DNA of 64,000 nt, taken from assembly GCA_964395095.1 (NCBI GenBank), contig CAYMZZ010000003.1, forward strand, positions 195,601 to 259,600, written 5' to 3'. This DNA comes from an uncultured Citrobacter sp. Lineage in GTDB: Bacteria > Bacteroidota > Bacteroidia > Chitinophagales > Chitinophagaceae. The translations under genes and the position numbers were made by a program. This document shows positions 58,875-64,000 of this stretch, in pieces. A model generated the notes under the pieces. That model was not told the DNA's origin. It searched no databases and saw nothing but the letters and a program-made list of their open reading frames with translations. How positions within the stretch are numbered: the first letter of the stretch is position 1; each line of letters opens with the position of its first letter.

Positions 58875-59792
58875 ATGACGAACGAATTGATCATTCAAAC
58901 AGAAGGGCTGAGCTACAGTTTTGCGACGGGAGTTCCCACCCTGCAGGACATTAATCTACGCGTACCCCGGGGCAGCATATTTGGTTTTCTGGGACCCAAT
59001 GGCGCCGGCAAAACCACCACCTTGCGATTGCTGCTGGGTTTGCTTCGCAACCAGAAAGGGAGACTGGAAATTTTCGGCCAGGCTATGCAGGGCCATCGCC
59101 GGGAAATTTTACGAAGATTGGGGTCCATCATAGAGCAGCCTTCTCTTTATGGACACCTTACCGCCCGCGAAAACCTGGAGATCTATCGTCGTATTCACCA
59201 GGTACCCCGTAACCGGATAGAGGAAGTACTGAAGTTGGTGGGGCTGGAACAAACAGGTCGCAAGAAAGCCCGGCAGTTTTCGCTGGGTATGAAGCAGCGG
59301 CTATCCATAGCGATCGCCCTCCTGCACGAACCTGAATTGCTCATACTCGATGAGCCCACCAATGGCCTGGATCCGAATGGCATTATTGAAACCCGGGAAC
59401 TCATCAAGAAATTAAATCGCGAAAAGGGAACCAGCATACTCGTTTCCAGCCATATCCTGCATGAAGTGGAAAGGATGGCCACGCATGTGGGGATTATTCA
59501 CAAAGGGAAGCTGTTGTTTCAGGGAACATTGCCCGAGTTGCAGCAGATGAAGAGCAGCCAGGCGGGCCTGGAACTGGAAACCGATGATAACGAAAAAGCC
59601 ATTACGCTGTTGGCCGATCAGCACCCCGTAAAGCATGGCGAAAGCAGACTATTGTTGCCGTATCGCGACCGGGAACAGGCGGCGGCCATCAACCGGCAAC
59701 TGGTCAACGCCGGGCTGAAAGTGTATGCCCTGCATCCACAGCAAAGCGACCTGGAACAATTATTCATTGACATCACCAATACCTCCGCATGA
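58875..59792 (+). CDS. ABC transporter ATP-binding protein (ABC-2 / bacitracin-lantibiotic exporter type)
   Basis: Walker A GPNGAGKTT, signature FSLGMKQRLSIA, Walker B LILDEPTNGLD. Confidence 0.9.
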   Translation: MTNELIIQTEGLSYSFATGVPTLQDINLRVPRGSIFGFLGPNGAGKTTTLRLLLGLLRNQKGRLEIFGQAMQGHRREILRRLGSIIEQPSLYGHLTARENLEIYRRIHQVPRNRIEEVLKLVGLEQTGRKKARQFSLGMKQRLSIAIALLHEPELLILDEPTNGLDPNGIIETRELIKKLNREKGTSILVSSHILHEVERMATHVGIIHKGKLLFQGTLPELQQMKSSQAGLELETDDNEKAITLLADQHPVKHGESRLLLPYRDREQAAAINRQLVNAGLKVYALHPQQSDLEQLFIDITNTSA

Positions 59793-60565
59793 GTTTTTGG
59801 ATAGCCCTCCAAACAGAACTGATCAAGACCAAACGTAGCGCCGCACAATGGTTGGCTATTTTGGGCGCCGGCGTTATACCCCTGGTGTATTTTATCTACT
59901 TCCTGCTGAAACCCGGGCAGGCCGCCGAAAAACTGAACAATAATCCCTGGGTCATGCATTTTTTAGAAGGCTGGCAGGCTTTTTCGGGTTTCTTATTGCC
60001 CATGTTTGTGATACTCATTTGCAGCCTGGTGCCGCAGATCGAGTATAAAAACAATGCCTGGAAACAGGTCTTTGCTTCCCCTCTCACCATGGGGCAGGTA
60101 TTTTTTTCGAAGTATACAGCCATTCACCTGATGATCCTGCTGTTGTTTTTGTGTTTTAACCTGTTTATGATACTGGGAGCATATGTGGCCAATTGGGTTC
60201 ATCCGGAGTTGCCGTTTACAACAAATTCGCTTCCCCTGGGAAATATATTATTGCTGAGCCTTCGCACCTATATCGCATTGCTGGCGATTATCGCGTTCCA
60301 GTACTGGTTCAGCCTTCGCTTCCGCAATTTTATTGTGCCCATAGGCCTGGGTCTCGGACTGCTGGTAATGTCCCTGGTAGCGATGCGCTGGGAGCATGCA
60401 GACAAACTACCTTACGTGTTTCCCTTTCTTTCATTTAGTGAAGCCATGAAATCCGGGGGAAAATTTTCGGGCCTGCAAAACCATGAATGGTATTCCTGCG
60501 TTTATTTTGTAGTGATCAGCTTCCTGGCGCTGATGGATTTGCGCTGGCGGAAGGAGAGAGGGTAA
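59789..60565 (+). CDS. ABC-2 family transporter permease
   Basis: 258 aa with six hydrophobic segments. Its start overlaps the ATPase stop by 4 nt (ATGA). Confidence 0.65.
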   Translation: MSFWIALQTELIKTKRSAAQWLAILGAGVIPLVYFIYFLLKPGQAAEKLNNNPWVMHFLEGWQAFSGFLLPMFVILICSLVPQIEYKNNAWKQVFASPLTMGQVFFSKYTAIHLMILLLFLCFNLFMILGAYVANWVHPELPFTTNSLPLGNILLLSLRTYIALLAIIAFQYWFSLRFRNFIVPIGLGLGLLVMSLVAMRWEHADKLPYVFPFLSFSEAMKSGGKFSGLQNHEWYSCVYFVVISFLALMDLRWRKERG

Positions 60566-60609
60566 AATTTGGGAATTTGCTCATTTGTAAATTTGGTAAA
60601 TTTAGGGGC

Positions 60610-61956
60610 ATGAGAAACTACCTGGTAATAACAGTGCTTGCGGTTTTGCTACTGAATGCCTGCCGCAAAAACGATTCCGACTCCGGGCAACCGCCGCCTT
60701 CGCAGGCCGACTTATTTAAGGATACGGCTATTGCTTATACCCGCGATATTTATCTCTGGTATAATCAGATACCCTCCGGTTTTAATGCCCGTGGTTATTC
60801 CGACCTGAATGCCATGATGGAAGCCATCCGTGCCTATAGCCAGGAACCGGGATTTACGAACCCGGTTGACCGCTGGAGTTTTGCCGTCCGGCAAAGCGAT
60901 TGGGATAATACCAGCGCGGGTATTGGCCAGGATTTTGGCCTCAACATTTTCTTTCGGGCCGAAGGTGACCTGCGCGTGCGGATGGTGGAACCCGCCTCAC
61001 CGGCCGGACAGGCGGGTGTACGCCGCGGATGGCGCATCACCAAAATCAATGGTAATACCAATATCACAACGGGTAATGCCAATTTTATCGTCAATGCCAT
61101 TTATGCTTCCAGTTCGGCCAGCGTCAGTTTCCTGAAGCCGGATGGCAATACCGTTGACCTGACCCTGAATGCCGCCAGCTACCAGGATGTTCCTGTTTAT
61201 CTCGATACGGTGTACACGGCCGGCAGCCGCAAAGCAGGGTATATGGTTTATCATTCCTTCCTGGGCGATTCGGCGGCTACCTCCAATGCATTCGCCTCGG
61301 CATTCAACCATTTCATGGCCGAGAATGTGGATGACATGATAATTGACCTGCGCTACAACGGCGGTGGATTTGTTTCCTATCAGCGCGAACTGGCCAATTA
61401 CCTGGCGCCGCCCAGTGCCAATAGCCAGTTGATGATGAAGCAGGAATTCAACAACAAATACAGCCAGTACAATAGCAGCGTCAACTTTTCCAAGAAGGGT
61501 ACGCTGAACCTTAATCGGGTGTTTGTTATTGTTAGCGACAATACCGCCTCGGCCAGTGAGTTGCTCATCAATAACCTGAAGCCCTATATGGATGTGATTG
61601 TAGTGGGGCCTAACCGCACTTATGGCAAGCCCGTGGGTTATTTCAATATTCCCGTGGGCGACTGGTATATATTCCCTGTATCTACACGCACTACCAACAA
61701 AAACGGGGAGGGAAATTATTTCAATGGCTTTGCGCTCAATAATACCGTGGCGGATGGACTGGATAAAGACTTTGGTGACGCAACTGAATCCTGCCTGGCC
61801 AGCGTGCTGAAATATATTGGCACGGGTGCATTCCGCATGCCCGTACAGGAACCGGCCCAGCCCCTGTCGCCTGATGTGGAGAACGCCAACCGTAGCATGA
61901 GCCAGCGCGATTTCAAAGGTATGATCGCCTCACCGGTGCAGCAGCGGCTGCGGTAA
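60610..61956 (+). CDS. S41 family peptidase (lipoprotein, PDZ-containing)
   Basis: Lipobox-like N-terminus MRNYLVITVLAVLLLNAC, PDZ-like VEPASPAGQAGVRRGWRITKING, and catalytic blocks DLRYNGGG and DNTASASELL. An internal Met is preferred over the track start at 60487. Confidence 0.8.
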   Translation: MRNYLVITVLAVLLLNACRKNDSDSGQPPPSQADLFKDTAIAYTRDIYLWYNQIPSGFNARGYSDLNAMMEAIRAYSQEPGFTNPVDRWSFAVRQSDWDNTSAGIGQDFGLNIFFRAEGDLRVRMVEPASPAGQAGVRRGWRITKINGNTNITTGNANFIVNAIYASSSASVSFLKPDGNTVDLTLNAASYQDVPVYLDTVYTAGSRKAGYMVYHSFLGDSAATSNAFASAFNHFMAENVDDMIIDLRYNGGGFVSYQRELANYLAPPSANSQLMMKQEFNNKYSQYNSSVNFSKKGTLNLNRVFVIVSDNTASASELLINNLKPYMDVIVVGPNRTYGKPVGYFNIPVGDWYIFPVSTRTTNKNGEGNYFNGFALNNTVADGLDKDFGDATESCLASVLKYIGTGAFRMPVQEPAQPLSPDVENANRSMSQRDFKGMIASPVQQRLR

Positions 61957-62002
61957 TGTTGTATCGCTAACAGGAAAGCCTGCGATCTGGCGCGGATGCC
62001 TG

Positions 62003-63181
62003 TTAAAGATCGAGGCTGGTGCCGAGCCAGGCCATCATGCCCATCCCGATTTCGATAGCGGATTCGTCAATATCAAAGCGGGGGGTATGCACTCCGGCGG
62101 TGATGCCTTTTTCGCGGTTCATTACCCCGAGCCGGAAAAAACATCCGGGAATCTTTTGCGAATAATAGCCAAAATCCTCCGCGCCCATTCTTTTTTCGGT
62201 TTCGCTCACCTGGCTCTCGCCCACAAAGGCTTTGGCTTTTTGCACCGCTACCTGGTGCAGGCCTTCATGGTTGAAAACAGATGGATAACCCACATCGATA
62301 TGTAAATCCAACTCACCACCCATGCCTTGCACGATGCCTTCGGCTGTTTGTCGAAGCAACTCATGCGCCCGGAAACGCCAGCTTTCATTCATCGCCCGGA
62401 AAGTTCCTTTCAATTTTACTTCGTCGGGAATGATATTGGTGGTGGTGCCTCCGTTGAAAGCGGTAATGGAGAGTACACTGGGATTAAAGGGGTCGTTGTG
62501 CCGGCTGATCAATTGTTGCAGTGCCACGATCAGGTGCGAAGCGATCAGGATAGGATCGATGCATAAATGGGGGGATGCCGCATGGCCGCCTTTGCCGCGG
62601 ACGGTAATATAAATTTCGTCGGCACTGGCCATGGCCTGACCGGCGCGGAAACTGAGTTTACCCACGGCCAGTCCGGGATGCACATGCAGGCCCACAATGG
62701 CTTTGGGCGCCGGATTTTCCAACACGCCTTCTTTGATGAGCAGGCTGGCGCCTCCGGGATTTTTTTCTTCGCCGGGTTGAAAGATCAGCTTCACCGTTCC
62801 TTCCCATTCTTCGCGCGTTTCCTGCAAAATGCGGGCGGCGCCGAGCAGGCAACTGGTATGCACATCATGCCCACAGGCATGCATGATACCCGGGTTTTGC
62901 GATTTATAAGGCACTTCGTTTTCTTCCTGTATGGGCAGGGCATCCATATCGGCCCTGAGCGCTATGATCCTACTGGCCGGGTTTTGGCCTTTTATCAGCC
63001 CAATCACTCCGGTCTCCGCCTTTATCTCATAGGAAATGCCCAGCGACTCCAGTTGCTGCTGCACCAGTTTCGACGTCTCAAATTCCTGGTAACTCAACTC
63101 AGGGTGGGCATGCAAATGCTGGCGTATGGCAATGTAGTCCGGCGCATAAGCGCGGGCCAGATCTTTGATCTTATTGAGCAT
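62003..63181 (-). CDS. M20 family amidohydrolase (N-acyl-L-amino acid amidohydrolase-like)
   Basis: ALRADMDALP, MHACGHDVH and FQPGEE metal-binding blocks, 392 aa. Confidence 0.85.
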   Translation of the reverse strand: MLNKIKDLARAYAPDYIAIRQHLHAHPELSYQEFETSKLVQQQLESLGISYEIKAETGVIGLIKGQNPASRIIALRADMDALPIQEENEVPYKSQNPGIMHACGHDVHTSCLLGAARILQETREEWEGTVKLIFQPGEEKNPGGASLLIKEGVLENPAPKAIVGLHVHPGLAVGKLSFRAGQAMASADEIYITVRGKGGHAASPHLCIDPILIASHLIVALQQLISRHNDPFNPSVLSITAFNGGTTTNIIPDEVKLKGTFRAMNESWRFRAHELLRQTAEGIVQGMGGELDLHIDVGYPSVFNHEGLHQVAVQKAKAFVGESQVSETEKRMGAEDFGYYSQKIPGCFFRLGVMNREKGITAGVHTPRFDIDESAIEIGMGMMAWLGTSLDL

Positions 63182-63200
63182 GCTGTAAAATTAAGCAGAA

Positions 63201-63345
63201 CGTATTACGTTGATTTGGGAATTTGAGAATTTGTGAATTTGTTTTCGAGGTGCTTCATCAAATTATTCCTGATATATAAAGTGACCAACAAATTCCCAAA
63301 TTCTCAAATTCCCAAATCAACGTAAAACGTAGAACGTAAAACGTA
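63201..63345. repeat. inverted word-repeat element (ACGT-rich plus GAATTTG words)
   Basis: acgtattacgttgatttgggaatttgagaatttgtgaatttg ... caaattcccaaattctcaaattcccaaatcaacgtaaaacgtagaacgtaaaacgta. Confidence 0.8.
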
Positions 63346-63801
63346 TCACAGCATCTCCTCCCCCGATCCCGGCTTCAATTCAATTACATCACTTATCACA
63401 TACACGCCATTGGGGAAATAGCGGTTCAACCGGGCCTGGTATTCCTCGGCTTCTTCGCGGTCTTTGAAATTACCGGCTTTAAGTTTGTAGAAGGGTGTCT
63501 GGTGCCAGAGGTAGGCTTTCAATTCGGGGAAATGGGTATATACTGTGGTTTTGGCCGCCAGCGCGTCCTGGCGATTGCTGGTGCTGATGATCATGATCCG
63601 GAAACCTTTGGCTGTGCGGCGGGCATTGCGGCTGGTCTCCTCATTGATCTGGGCCTGGCGGGTCATCAGGAGGTCGATACGCGGATCCTTGTGCACCACC
63701 ACCGATTTGCGGGTGGTATCGGTGGAATCGGCCACGGGGGCGGTTTGCGCGTGGGCAATACTGTTGACGACGATAAGAAAGAAAACAAATACGAGTTTCA
63801 T
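63346..63801 (-). CDS. SPOR domain-containing protein
   Basis: Signal peptide MKLVFVFFLIVVNSIAHA. The C-terminal GFRIMIISTSNRQDALAAKTTVYTHFPELKAYLWHQTPFYKLKAGNFKDREEAEEYQARL matches the SPOR fold pattern. An internal Met is preferred over 63858. Confidence 0.7.
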   Translation of the reverse strand: MKLVFVFFLIVVNSIAHAQTAPVADSTDTTRKSVVVHKDPRIDLLMTRQAQINEETSRNARRTAKGFRIMIISTSNRQDALAAKTTVYTHFPELKAYLWHQTPFYKLKAGNFKDREEAEEYQARLNRYFPNGVYVISDVIELKPGSGEEML

Positions 63802-63899
63802 ATCCAAAATATTCCTTGCCTTCCGGCGGTTATGAAAAAAGATGCTGATGGCGGGCAATTAGTTGCGTGCCTTTCTTTTTTCAAAAACAATACCAAAGA

Positions 63900-64000
63900 T
63901 CAATAACCACTGCCGCCGCCCGCAATGGTCTCAATGGGATGCCAGGTGGTCTTTATTTCCTGGCAATCCATGATCCGATAGGGAGATTCGGCCCCTTTGC
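63900..64000 (-). CDS. 3' end of an unidentified gene entering from the right edge
   Basis: An open minus-strand frame gives ...KGAESPYRIMDCQEIKTTWHPIETIAGGGSGY and stops with TGA at 63902-63900. It is too short to identify. Confidence 0.35.
   Translation of the reverse strand, partial: KGAESPYRIMDCQEIKTTWHPIETIAGGGSGY

Overview
This 64-kb chromosomal segment looks like a Bacteroidota genome, probably Chitinophagia-like. That inference rests on a T9SS C-terminal sorting domain, DUF4476/DUF6089-type proteins and TPR-HisKA_3 kinases. It is densely coding and mostly housekeeping. Recognisable genes are a dNK-family kinase, folK, sppA, a tRNA-Ser/tRNA-Pro cluster, two sensor kinase/response regulator pairs, an SNF2 helicase, an epimerase and a GT2 transferase, a SAM-I-riboswitch-controlled metY-metX-hom operon, uvrA, rarA, aspS, a 2037-aa alpha-2-macroglobulin, sucD, an MlaFE-like transporter, maeB, an ABC-2 exporter and several peptidases (M28, S1, M90, S41, M20). 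I saw no integrase, transposase, CRISPR array, phage gene or recognisable defence system. The unusual content is mostly non-genic. (1) A perfect 67-bp direct repeat brackets an 8.3-kb module holding a TPR sensor kinase, a LuxR regulator and three exported proteins of unknown function; this is the best candidate for an undescribed system. (2) At least 11 intergenic regions carry inverted arrays of short 7-8 nt words (CGTGAGG, GTAAGTR, GTTTAAG, GAATTTG, ATCTGCG), often nested and often running into the stop codons of flanking genes. (3) A ~600-bp array upstream of aspS has five conserved ~60-nt two-hairpin cores separated by heptamer microsatellites. (4) Two degenerate tRNA copies beside the intact tRNA-Ser and tRNA-Pro share a foreign hairpin in the anticodon-arm position, and a probably frameshifted GIY-YIG gene and an AAA ATPase lie next to them. 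All product calls come from motif recognition by eye in the supplied translations; no database search was run.
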